A stretch of DNA of 64,000 bases from Candidatus Latescibacterota bacterium (GTDB lineage: Bacteria; Latescibacterota; UBA2968; GCA-2709665), in the NCBI GenBank assembly GCA_965248435.1, contig OZ252100.1:160001-224000 (forward strand). The letters are read 5' to 3'. The translations under genes were made by a program, and so were the position numbers. Numbering within the stretch: the first letter of the stretch is position 1; every line of letters begins with the position of its first letter. Below, one piece after another: positions 9,829 through 18,461 of this stretch. The notes beneath the pieces were generated by a model, which saw only the letters and a program-made list of their open reading frames with translations, had not been told where the DNA came from and searched no databases.

Positions 9829-10095
9829 ATGCCTGTGGTTTGGATCCCATCGCTGATGCAGAGCCTGACAGGCGGTAAAGATCAGGTGAATGTGGACGGA
9901 CAGACGATTCGTGAGGTTGTAGAAAACCTCGAGAAGACCTTTCCCGGCTTCAGAGATCGCGTTTGCGAAGAAGATCGAATCCGACCGGGATTGGCTGTTG
10001 CAGTTGACAGCGTGGTATCGAATGAAGGGTTGAGGCAGAAGGTGGACGCTGAAAGCGAGGTCCACTTTGTGACGGCAATTGGGGGTGGAAAATAA
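9829..10095 (+). CDS. MoaD/ThiS family ubiquitin-like sulfur carrier
   Basis: 88 aa beta-grasp pattern ending in AIGGGK, directly after the Mo subunit. Confidence 0.85.
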   Translation: MPVVWIPSLMQSLTGGKDQVNVDGQTIREVVENLEKTFPGFRDRVCEEDRIRPGLAVAVDSVVSNEGLRQKVDAESEVHFVTAIGGGK

Positions 10096-10120
10096 GAAAA
10101 ACTGACAAAATCACGAGTTT

Positions 10121-10163
10121 GGACGGCCAGCGGTTGCAGCGCTCAATCGCTGGCCGTTCTTTT
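10121..10163 (+). terminator. Intrinsic terminator of XDH operon
   Basis: GGACGGCCAGCGGTTG / CAATCGCTGGCCGTTC stem (with G-U pairs) followed by TTTT. Confidence 0.65.
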
Positions 10164-10181
10164 GGCTTACTCATTTGAAAC

Positions 10182-11273
10182 GTGTCTCTATTTATTGGAA
10201 TCATCGGCCTGCCTAACGTGGGGAAATCCACGCTTTTCAATGCCCTTACGGGCGGAAAGGCAGAGGCCTCCAACTACCCCTTCTGCACAGTAGATCCAAA
10301 CGTGGGTGTCGTCGAAGTGCCTGACGACAGGCTGCAGAGTCTCAACGATCTTCTTAAACCCAAAAGCTGCACACCAACCCACATCCGTTTTGTGGATATC
10401 GCGGGGCTCGTTCGAGGCGCGAGCAAGGGTGAGGGTTTGGGCAATCGATTTTTGAGCCACGTTCGAGAGGCGGATGCACTCCTCCACGTTGTGAGGTGCT
10501 TCGCAGACGACCAGACCGCTCATACTGAAGACACCCTGGATCCGCTGCGGGATGTAGAGACGGTTGAAACAGAGCTGATGCTGGCCGACCTGGAGACAGC
10601 CGAAGGGGTCAGAACACGCCTCGAAAAGGTGCTTCGATCCAATCCTCGCGCCCCCGAACATCTCGAATTCGAGACGGTGACAAAGATTGTGGAAGGTCTT
10701 CAGAAGGGGCAAACGGTTCGGGAGCTCGCCCTTTCAGTTGAGGAAGTGGATAAGATCAAGGGCTTTCAATTCCTGACCTCGAAACCGATATTGTACGTCG
10801 CGAATGCCGGAGAGGATGACGTCCCGGAAGGAGGTGAGCTCGCGAACCGGCTAAAGGAACGGGTTGGACCTGCCCAGGTTCTGATCATATCCGCTCGCAT
10901 CGAGTGGGAGATCTCGCAGCTCGGTCCTGAAGACCGCAAGGCGTTCGAATCGGAGCTTGGATTGGCTCATTCCAGGGTGAGTGAATTGATCCAAAAAGGC
11001 TATGGAATGTTAGACCTGATTTCCTTCTACACGGTCGCAAACGAAAAACTCCAGGCGTGGCAGCTCGAACGAGGTGGCACGGCACCTACCGCCGCCGGCA
11101 AGATTCACACAGATATGGAAGAAGGTTTTATTCGTGCGGAAGTGGCAAATTTTCAGGATATGATCACGGCCGGGAGCTTTGAAAGGCTTCAGTCGGGCGG
11201 AAAGTTGCGAACGGAAGGGAAGGATTACGTGGTCGAGGATGGCGATGTAATTCATTTTCTGTTCAGGACTTAG
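10182..11273 (+). CDS. ychF: Redox-regulated ATPase YchF
   Basis: GIIGLPNVGKSTLFNALT, NYPFCT, DIAGLVRGASKGEGLGN, C-terminal TGS domain EGKDYVVEDGD. Confidence 0.96.
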   Translation: MSLFIGIIGLPNVGKSTLFNALTGGKAEASNYPFCTVDPNVGVVEVPDDRLQSLNDLLKPKSCTPTHIRFVDIAGLVRGASKGEGLGNRFLSHVREADALLHVVRCFADDQTAHTEDTLDPLRDVETVETELMLADLETAEGVRTRLEKVLRSNPRAPEHLEFETVTKIVEGLQKGQTVRELALSVEEVDKIKGFQFLTSKPILYVANAGEDDVPEGGELANRLKERVGPAQVLIISARIEWEISQLGPEDRKAFESELGLAHSRVSELIQKGYGMLDLISFYTVANEKLQAWQLERGGTAPTAAGKIHTDMEEGFIRAEVANFQDMITAGSFERLQSGGKLRTEGKDYVVEDGDVIHFLFRT

Positions 11274-11292
11274 AGAAGACTAGACACAGGAA

Positions 11293-11321
11293 TTGACGCT
11301 GGCCAGAATTTCCGCTATATT
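11293..11321 (+). promoter_or_regulatory. Sigma70 promoter
   Basis: TTGACG-17nt-TATATT upstream of ATG 11369. Confidence 0.65.
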
Positions 11322-11368
11322 TGTCCCCTGCAGTTCAATCCCAACCCGTAACGCGAACGGAGTGCCTC

Positions 11369-11908
11369 ATGGGAAGCCCCAAAACCTTGATATGTTGTCT
11401 GGCCGGCCTGATCTTTCTCCTTTCTGAGCGAGATGCTGAAGCAATCGGGCTTTCAGGCATCGGCCTCAAGGTCGGGGTCGATCTGACTCAGGAGAAGGAA
11501 GTCGTCGTGATAGAGGGGGCATCGTTCGACACGGCCAGCTTGATGCTCGGTGGACACCTTGACCTGGGACAGCTTCTCCTGCCGAAGCTGCATTTTGTTC
11601 CGGGCGTTGATGTGGTTCTGCATAGTGAGCGCAAGGTATATTCTGTGAACAACGATTTTCGCTATTTTCTTGCGCGAAGTGGTAGAACGGCTGGCTATGC
11701 AGGTGTTGGAATCGGTGTTCATTTAGTACGAAGTGAGATTCAGGGCCAGGACGACACCAAGGGGAGCCTTAACATCCCGATTGGCTTTCAACAGAAGCTC
11801 AGTAGTGGTCTGCTCTGGTTCGGGGAACTCAAGGTGGTTATTGGAGAGCAATCCAACGACAGTTCGTTCAGGTTCAGCGTAGGCGTTGCTCTAGGAAAGT
11901 CCGACTAA
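11369..11908 (+). CDS. Small outer-membrane beta-barrel protein (putative)
   Basis: Signal-peptide-like N terminus ending AEA, alternating hydrophobic beta strands, YAGVGIG motif, terminal strand FRFSVGVAL. Confidence 0.65.
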   Translation: MGSPKTLICCLAGLIFLLSERDAEAIGLSGIGLKVGVDLTQEKEVVVIEGASFDTASLMLGGHLDLGQLLLPKLHFVPGVDVVLHSERKVYSVNNDFRYFLARSGRTAGYAGVGIGVHLVRSEIQGQDDTKGSLNIPIGFQQKLSSGLLWFGELKVVIGEQSNDSSFRFSVGVALGKSD

Positions 11909-11924
11909 CACAAGGCGAGGGTTT

Positions 11925-12026
11925 ATGGCAAGGGAACGTCAGAAGGAACTTCGTCGAAGGCGCCACAGGCAAAAGAAGAGGATAAAGGCGCATCGAAGGG
12001 ATGCAAAGCGAAACAAGAAGAAATAA
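11925..12026 (+). CDS. 33-aa highly basic small protein (MARERQKELRRRRHRQKKRIKAHRRDAKRNKKK)
   Basis: Missing from the ORF track. GAGG SD before ATG, fills the gap between the barrel gene and a terminator, 19/33 residues K or R. Confidence 0.7.
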   Translation: MARERQKELRRRRHRQKKRIKAHRRDAKRNKKK

Positions 12027-12060
12027 GAAAAAGCACGGCGTTGGCCGTGCTTTTTCTTTT
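12025..12060. terminator. Bidirectional intrinsic terminator
   Basis: AAGAAAAAGCACGGC-GTTG-GCCGTGCTTTTTCTT between convergent genes. Confidence 0.85.
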
Positions 12061-12074
12061 GGGCATCCAGCAGT

Positions 12075-13448
12075 TCAGCTGGAATCAGCTAAATATCGCG
12101 CTGAAAGTATCATCGCGCTGAAAGTATCGTTGACCTGAGTCCGGACCGTCGTTTCCACTTCCTTGAATATCGCGTTTAGTTGATCGCTATCCATTCCGAT
12201 CGCCTCCAGCACTCTTTCATCAATTGTGTGCTGTTGTGGTTTCTCAACAAAACTGAATCCGACCTGCCTTGCACAGATATCTGCGATGTAGATCAACCGC
12301 ACCATCTCCACGGACGAGTCGGCCAGGGCCGGCTTGTGATGCATGCCGATGACCTGTGATAAGATGTCCGGGAGCTGCCATTTAGAAGCTAATGCCTGGC
12401 CAATGTCAGAATGAGTGAGGCCCAGGACATCCATTTCTATATCCAGCATGGTGCTTGCCTTACCACGAATTTCCTCACCAACCATTTGAAACATCTCGTT
12501 GAAGAAGAAGCCTAAGACCTGCTTTCCGATATCGTGGACCATACCGGCCATAAACGGATCGTCTTCTCCGAGATCGAGTTTAATATCATCCCGCTCGTTG
12601 AGGAGCTTGGCGGTCACACCGCAGGCGATCGAGTGCTTCCAGAATTCCTGGAGGTCAAAGCCCTGTGCGCCCCCCTTGAAGGCCCCAACGACCGAAAGGG
12701 TGCGCACGAAATCGATTACGGTTTGAAGCCCCAGGAGGTTCACTGCGTCATTCACCGTGCTGATGCGCCTGGAAAATGAGAAGGCGGACGAGTTACAAAG
12801 CTTCAGCATCTGGGTCGTGATACCCGGATCCAGCTCGATGACCCCGCTGTACTGTTCCGTCGTAGAATTGGGATCTCTGGAGAGTTTTTCAATTTCATTG
12901 TAGACGGTCGGCATCGCAGGGAGGCCGGTAATCTTCTCGAGCTCGCCCATGATATGCGTGCGGGGATCCACTTTTTCAGCCGATTCGCTTATCTCGGCGA
13001 TTTCATCCACACCTTTCTTCATGCGGCCTTCAAGTTCTTCGAGATTCTGGAACGGCCTATCCAGACAGTCGATGATCCCGATCCGCTTCCCTTCTTCCAG
13101 GTCCTTTTCGGTCAGCTGGTTCGACATCAGGAAGACAGGAATGTGCTTGCAGTCCGGCTTGAATCGGATAAGCCTCGCGACGGTGAAGCCTCCGCCGGAT
13201 ATGTAGGCCTCGACAAGGACGCAGTTGATTTCATCATGATACTGTTTGAGCGCCCGCATCGCGTCGACGCCGGACTCTACCCAAATGATATCAAATCCCC
13301 ACTTCTGGAAGACTTTGAAACATTGACCGAGGTCACGCACATAAACCTGGTTCCGAGGAATCTTCAGATCCTCGGGCTTAAATTTTTTGTCGACAATGAG
13401 GCTCTTCGGCTTAGCGGCCGAAGACCCGCTGTTCTCCTCTTCGCTCAT
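12075..13448 (-). CDS. Receiver (atypical) + HDOD domain signalling protein
   Basis: REC-like N half with E at the phosphoacceptor position (VLVEAYI). HDOD motifs LPAMP, DPGIT..LKLCNS, FWKHS, HDIGK, IGMHH. Confidence 0.88.
   Translation of the reverse strand: MSEEENSGSSAAKPKSLIVDKKFKPEDLKIPRNQVYVRDLGQCFKVFQKWGFDIIWVESGVDAMRALKQYHDEINCVLVEAYISGGGFTVARLIRFKPDCKHIPVFLMSNQLTEKDLEEGKRIGIIDCLDRPFQNLEELEGRMKKGVDEIAEISESAEKVDPRTHIMGELEKITGLPAMPTVYNEIEKLSRDPNSTTEQYSGVIELDPGITTQMLKLCNSSAFSFSRRISTVNDAVNLLGLQTVIDFVRTLSVVGAFKGGAQGFDLQEFWKHSIACGVTAKLLNERDDIKLDLGEDDPFMAGMVHDIGKQVLGFFFNEMFQMVGEEIRGKASTMLDIEMDVLGLTHSDIGQALASKWQLPDILSQVIGMHHKPALADSSVEMVRLIYIADICARQVGFSFVEKPQQHTIDERVLEAIGMDSDQLNAIFKEVETTVRTQVNDTFSAMILSARYLADSS
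12095..12128. repeat. Exact 17-bp tandem duplication ATCGCGCTGAAAGTATC x2
   Basis: Copies at 12095-12111 and 12112-12128, inside the 3' end of the HDOD gene. Confidence 0.95.
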
Positions 13449-13461
13449 ACTTGAGCTCCCT

Positions 13462-14763
13462 TTAGCTCTTCAAGATGGACAAAATTGCTTTGTCCGCGTC
13501 CATCGCCTCCTGCATTTCCGGCTCCCACTCGGTCAGTTGCTCCGAAGTAATATTAAGACGCTTCAAAGCAAACGGTAAAGGTTCGGGAACAGTCGTGTCA
13601 CCGCCAGAACCTGCGCCGAGTTTGCGACTGATGGCGTCTCCGAGGTGGACAAGAGAAGCGATCTCCGGGTCCTTTTCTGCCCTTGCTGGGCGGTGGTGAA
13701 ACGCGATGGCTTCCGTAAGTTCCTGCGGGAGGTTCCAGGTTTCGGCCAACTCGCGGCCGATGAGACTGTGATTGAGCCCCATCACCTCTTCTTCGGCTGC
13801 ATAAAGAGAGATGTTCGCTTCCTCCACCCGCGAAAGCACCTCTCCATAGAAGTCGGCATAGAGGGCATCCAGGACGATCTTTCCCATATCGTGAACGATG
13901 CCTGCAGTGAACCCTTCCTCCCGATCCAGCTTCAGCTTCTTGGTGAGAAACCTGGTGGCCGAGCCAACAGCAGCCGAGTGGACCCAGAAATTATTCTTGT
14001 CCAGGCCCGCGCTGTTCTCAAGATCTTTGGTGGCCTCGAATATCGCGATGTTCAAGATCGTGTTCTTAACCGTCTGATTTCCCAGTAGCGATATCGCGTC
14101 TCGAACCGATTTGATGGTTCGCGTGAAGCCAAAGAAGGCAGAGTTGGAAAGGTTGAGCAACTTGAGCGTAATCGAAGGATCGGATTCGATCACATTGCTG
14201 AGTTCATCCGCACTGACATCCGGATTCTTGCAAAGCCGATCCACTTCCGCATACACGGTGGGGAGGGTCGGCAGGTTCTCGATGTTCTGGAGATCCCTTT
14301 TGTATTTCTCGGCAAAGTCTGACCCGTTTCCGGACTGCTGTCCATCATTCCCAAGAAGTTTCCAAATCTTGCCAAGAAAAATCGCGGGAGCGGTCGGTTT
14401 GATGACGAAGCCATCTGCCCCCCGCTTCGTACATTCTGGGAGTTTTGTCTGATCCTCACTGTAGACCGCGATCGGGACCTCGCGGCACGTCGAAGTCCGT
14501 CGTATGACCTCCAGTGCCCGGAGAAAATTACCCTTCTCCGCGGTATCCATCAGGATGAGATCAGGCCGCCTTTTTAGATTCTTGATCAAACCCATGCCGT
14601 CGGACGTTTCCAGAACCTCGTAGCCACCAATGACTTCGAGCAATTGGCGAACAAACAGACGATCCTGAGGATCAGAAAGGGCGGCAACGATCTTTTTGGG
14701 TCGGATTTCGCTCAGGACGGCGCTTTCTCCAAGAGGGACACGGATTTGTCCGAATTCAGTCAA
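13462..14763 (-). CDS. Receiver + HDOD domain signalling protein (start uncertain)
   Basis: PDLILMD, GADGFVIKP; HDOD motifs LPTLP, DPSITLKLLNLSNS, HDMGK, IAFHH. Confidence 0.88.
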   Translation of the reverse strand: MTEFGQIRVPLGESAVLSEIRPKKIVAALSDPQDRLFVRQLLEVIGGYEVLETSDGMGLIKNLKRRPDLILMDTAEKGNFLRALEVIRRTSTCREVPIAVYSEDQTKLPECTKRGADGFVIKPTAPAIFLGKIWKLLGNDGQQSGNGSDFAEKYKRDLQNIENLPTLPTVYAEVDRLCKNPDVSADELSNVIESDPSITLKLLNLSNSAFFGFTRTIKSVRDAISLLGNQTVKNTILNIAIFEATKDLENSAGLDKNNFWVHSAAVGSATRFLTKKLKLDREEGFTAGIVHDMGKIVLDALYADFYGEVLSRVEEANISLYAAEEEVMGLNHSLIGRELAETWNLPQELTEAIAFHHRPARAEKDPEIASLVHLGDAISRKLGAGSGGDTTVPEPLPFALKRLNITSEQLTEWEPEMQEAMDADKAILSILKS

Positions 14764-15036
14764 TCGCTATGATACCCCGAAACACCGGGTGCGTCAATAC
14801 AATTTTGTCACCGATACACCCACGGGACAAATCTTTTCGGCCCCCCATGCTGAGCCCTTTCGCAAGGTGAAATATATCTGTAAGCATTTTGCTTAGGAAG
14901 GGTTATTTGCTTCTATCGATTACGGCGTGGCCGATCTTCCATCTCCTTTGAGGTTGCGATATTCTCCGGGATGTTTATGTTTTGACGGAATCAGTCCTCG
15001 CGAGGTCCAACCCAGTCACTTCAAAGGGATACTCGA

Positions 15037-15612
15037 ATGGCAGAAGACAAAGTCGAGCGCATAGGCTACCACGTTTCTGAGATCATGAAGGTTCTGGATC
15101 TGGATCTGACCGACCCGAATCTGAGCGAAACGCCGCAACGATTCGCGCGCATGTACCTCGAGATCTTTCAGGGTCTGGACGGAGACAATGAACCCGAAAT
15201 GACGACCTTCCCGAACGTGGACGAATTCAAGGACATGGTCGCGATGACAGACATCACGTTTTATTCGATGTGCTGTCATCACCTGCTTCCGTTCTGGGGG
15301 CGCGCGCACGTCGCCTACATCCCCACGGATCGGATTGTGGGGCTCAGCAAGCTCGCCCGAATGGTTGCTTTTTACGCGCGCCGGCCCCAGATTCAGGAAC
15401 GCATGACAACAGAGATCGCCGCAGCACTGGAACGCGAAATTCACCCCGCAGGCGCCATGGTGGTCCTCGAGGCGCGTCACCTCTGCATGGAAATGAGAGG
15501 CGTAGAAAAACCGGGCGCCTGGACGACCACATCGGCCGTTCGCGGCGTTTTTACCTCAAGGACAACACGCGAAGAGTTTCTGGATCTGTTGGCCAGAAGG
15601 CGGGAGGCATGA
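15037..15612 (+). CDS. folE: GTP cyclohydrolase I
   Basis: ETPQRFARMY, SMCCHHLLPF, GLSKLAR, RPQIQER, HLCMEMRGV. Confidence 0.96.
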   Translation: MAEDKVERIGYHVSEIMKVLDLDLTDPNLSETPQRFARMYLEIFQGLDGDNEPEMTTFPNVDEFKDMVAMTDITFYSMCCHHLLPFWGRAHVAYIPTDRIVGLSKLARMVAFYARRPQIQERMTTEIAAALEREIHPAGAMVVLEARHLCMEMRGVEKPGAWTTTSAVRGVFTSRTTREEFLDLLARRREA

Positions 15613-15623
15613 ATAAGGTGCGT

Positions 15624-16076
15624 CTACTGCTCTGAAAGATTCTGATACATGTCCGAAATGTGAAGATCGAACGGTTCATGGGCAGAGTTCTTTTCCGCTT
15701 TTCGAAAGATCGTCTGACACGCATAGCACACGGTGACTTCTGGAAGCAGCCAGTAGAGCAGAAGGTCGATCAGCGCACCCGCCGCCAGGCTGTAGTAGAA
15801 GTAAAACGGCCGGTCCAACCCGACGAACACCAACCCGAGAAGCGCAAAAAAGAGCATGATGCCGATCCCCACTCTTTGGTTGAAGTCGCGTTGGACATAG
15901 AAGTCAACGTTTCCGCATCCCGGGCAGGCGTCGACCTTGTTTTCCTGGCGTATAGTCTCGGAAATCTTCAGTGAGATCTCTCGATCACATTCGTGACACG
16001 ACACAGCCTCCTGGACGTCATTCGAAGGGACGCTGATTTCGGTCTCGCAGTTTGGACAACGGAGTGAGATGATCAA
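15624..16076 (-). CDS. Hypothetical membrane protein with four CxxC pairs (zinc-ribbon-like)
   Basis: CPNC, CHEC, CPGC, CYAC around two TM helices; 2 nt from the upstream gene. Confidence 0.7.
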   Translation of the reverse strand: MIISLRCPNCETEISVPSNDVQEAVSCHECDREISLKISETIRQENKVDACPGCGNVDFYVQRDFNQRVGIGIMLFFALLGLVFVGLDRPFYFYYSLAAGALIDLLLYWLLPEVTVCYACQTIFRKAEKNSAHEPFDLHISDMYQNLSEQ

Positions 16077-16078
16077 GG

Positions 16079-16873
16079 CTAGACCGGGATTGAAGTGTAG
16101 TAGAAGATGAACCTGGAAAAGGCCTCACCGATAAGCACGAGGATTGTCGCCACGTAGAGCAGACCCGTTGCCGATTGGGTGGAGTGGATCTTCACGGTCT
16201 CCCAGGTCATAAAAATGATTACGAGGAGACCCACGATCCCGAAGAGAACTCGCGACCAGAAGAATATGCCCTGAAGCCCGAAGAAGGAGGCAAGAATCAG
16301 ACGGGGTTCGTCACCGGCAGCCGTCCAAAACAGGAAAAACGTGATGCCCAGAAGCAAAACTTTTGCAATGATCGTGACGACCATCAAGAGGGACATCGAG
16401 CGCAGCGGCCGTATCGCAAGCGTGGGCACGGTAAGGTAGTAGTGACCCAGAACCATGGCAAAGACAACGCTGCCCAGTAACAGTGAAGATAGCAGGAAGT
16501 GGAGGGCAGTGAGGAGCGGGGCCCAGGCGGGGAAATCTGCGGGTACCCTCTGGATTCCATCCAGCACGATCCCGAGGGACCCTGCCAGTCCGCTCGAGGC
16601 CAGGAGAGGTTTCTGCCAGCTCGAGCGTTCGATGATCACCGAAACCACAAAACCGAGATTCACCACCCATGCAAGGACGAGCAGAAGGAAGAATTTGGAC
16701 AGAAACGGGTCCGGCGTCGGTACTACAAGCAGTGCAAGGGCCAGCATCACCAGCGTCGTGAACCCGCAGAACCTGAAGAAGTCCCTTCCTGCCGCGGGCG
16801 GCACGAGCAGGATCGAGATGAGCCCCCCCACGGCGAGTTGACTGAAGATGAGATAAGTGATCGTAAGGAGCAT
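16079..16873 (-). CDS. Polytopic membrane protein of unknown function
   Basis: About 8 hydrophobic segments; LGHYYL and STQSATGLLYV motifs. Confidence 0.75.
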   Translation of the reverse strand: MLLTITYLIFSQLAVGGLISILLVPPAAGRDFFRFCGFTTLVMLALALLVVPTPDPFLSKFFLLLVLAWVVNLGFVVSVIIERSSWQKPLLASSGLAGSLGIVLDGIQRVPADFPAWAPLLTALHFLLSSLLLGSVVFAMVLGHYYLTVPTLAIRPLRSMSLLMVVTIIAKVLLLGITFFLFWTAAGDEPRLILASFFGLQGIFFWSRVLFGIVGLLVIIFMTWETVKIHSTQSATGLLYVATILVLIGEAFSRFIFYYTSIPV

Positions 16874-17000
16874 GGCGTAATCAAGGCTTCAGGAGTTGAA
16901 ACTCTGGGGCCTTAAATATAGTATGCCTGGTGCGCTGCCACAACTGATCCGAGGCTCGATTGAGGTGGGGTCCAGGCCGATCTTGGGTCCGAAAAAGGCG

Positions 17001-18458
17001 ATGTCCATTCCATCCGAAGTCAAGCGCGTGACCGACACGATCTGGGAAGTCCCTGTGTCTCACAAAGAGGGGATGCGGGTCCCGGCACGTATCTACGCAA
17101 CCGAGAAGCTGATGGGGCAGATGGACGCGGGTGTGATCGATCAGGTCACGAACGTGGCGACGCTGCCTGGTATCTTGAAGTACGCCTATTGTATGCCGGA
17201 TGCCCACTGGGGCTACGGTTTTCCGATCGGCGGCGTCGCGGCGACCGATGCAGGCGAAGGGGTGATCTCACCGGGGGGCGTCGGTTTCGACATCAACTGC
17301 GGCATGCGGCTCGTACGAACGAACCTGACACACGATGAAGTCAAACCGCATCTCAAGAAACTTGTCGATTCACTGTTTAAGCGTGTCCCGGCAGGCGTAG
17401 GCTGCAAGGGGTTCGTTCGCCTGTCGCACGACGAGTTCCGCACGGTCGTCGAACAGGGATCGGCCTGGTGTATCCAAAACGGATATGGTTGGGAAGAGGA
17501 CCTTGATCTGACGGAGGAAAGAGGGTGCATCAGCGGGTCCGATGCTGGAAAGATCAGTCAGAAGGCCGTCGAGCGGGGGTTCAATCAGATCGGGACGCTT
17601 GGATCCGGGAATCACTATCTGGAGATCCAGGTGGCCAGGCCGGAGTATGTTTACGACAAGGCGTTGGCGAAGGCGTTCGGCATCGAAATCCCGAATCAGG
17701 TCGTCGTGATGTTTCATTGCGGGAGCCGGGGGTTCGGCCATCAGGTCGCGACGGATTACCTGCGCATCTTTCTTAAGGTGATGCAGAGCAAGTACGGGAT
17801 TCAGGTGAGGGACAGGGAGCTGGCCTGTGCGCCGTTTCGGTCCCCCGAAGGTCAGGACTATTTCGCCGGGATGAATTGCGGGCTGAATATGTCCTTTGCG
17901 AACCGACAGGTGATTCTGCACCGAATCCGAGAGGTGTTTGCCGACGTGATGGGACGCAGTCCGGAGGAAATGGACATGCACATGATCTATGACGTGTCTC
18001 ACAACACGGCAAAGCTGGAGCAACACCTCGTGAATGGAGAAGCGCGCGAAGTGGTCGTCCATCGAAAGGGGGCGACGCGGTCATTCGCGTCCGGCATGCC
18101 GGACGTACCCGAGCGCTACGCGGAGATCGGACAGCCGGTGATCATCGGGGGCAGTATGGAGACGGGGTCCTATCTCCTCGTCGGGGTCCCCGGCAGCGCC
18201 GAGACGTTCTACTCGACTGCCCACGGAAGCGGGCGCGCCATGAGTCGAACGCGCGCGCGAAAGCAGTTCAGAGGACGGGACCTGCAGCGGGATATGGAGG
18301 AGCGGGGGATCTACGTCAAGGCCGCTTCGTTCAGGGGGCTCGCGGAAGAGGCGGGCGGGGCCTATAAGGACATAGATGAGGTGGTCGAAGCAACGACTCA
18401 ATCCGACATCAGCAGGCCGGTGGCTCGGTTCGTCCCTATCGGGAATGTCAAAGGATGA
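17001..18458 (+). CDS. rtcB: RNA ligase RtcB (archaeal/eukaryotic-like, archease-associated type)
   Basis: MPDAHWGYGFPIGG, GFDINCG, GSGNHYLE, HCGSRG, DVSHN, HRKGAT, STAHGSGR, EEA..AYK. Confidence 0.96.
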   Translation: MSIPSEVKRVTDTIWEVPVSHKEGMRVPARIYATEKLMGQMDAGVIDQVTNVATLPGILKYAYCMPDAHWGYGFPIGGVAATDAGEGVISPGGVGFDINCGMRLVRTNLTHDEVKPHLKKLVDSLFKRVPAGVGCKGFVRLSHDEFRTVVEQGSAWCIQNGYGWEEDLDLTEERGCISGSDAGKISQKAVERGFNQIGTLGSGNHYLEIQVARPEYVYDKALAKAFGIEIPNQVVVMFHCGSRGFGHQVATDYLRIFLKVMQSKYGIQVRDRELACAPFRSPEGQDYFAGMNCGLNMSFANRQVILHRIREVFADVMGRSPEEMDMHMIYDVSHNTAKLEQHLVNGEAREVVVHRKGATRSFASGMPDVPERYAEIGQPVIIGGSMETGSYLLVGVPGSAETFYSTAHGSGRAMSRTRARKQFRGRDLQRDMEERGIYVKAASFRGLAEEAGGAYKDIDEVVEATTQSDISRPVARFVPIGNVKG

Positions 18459-18461
18459 CCG

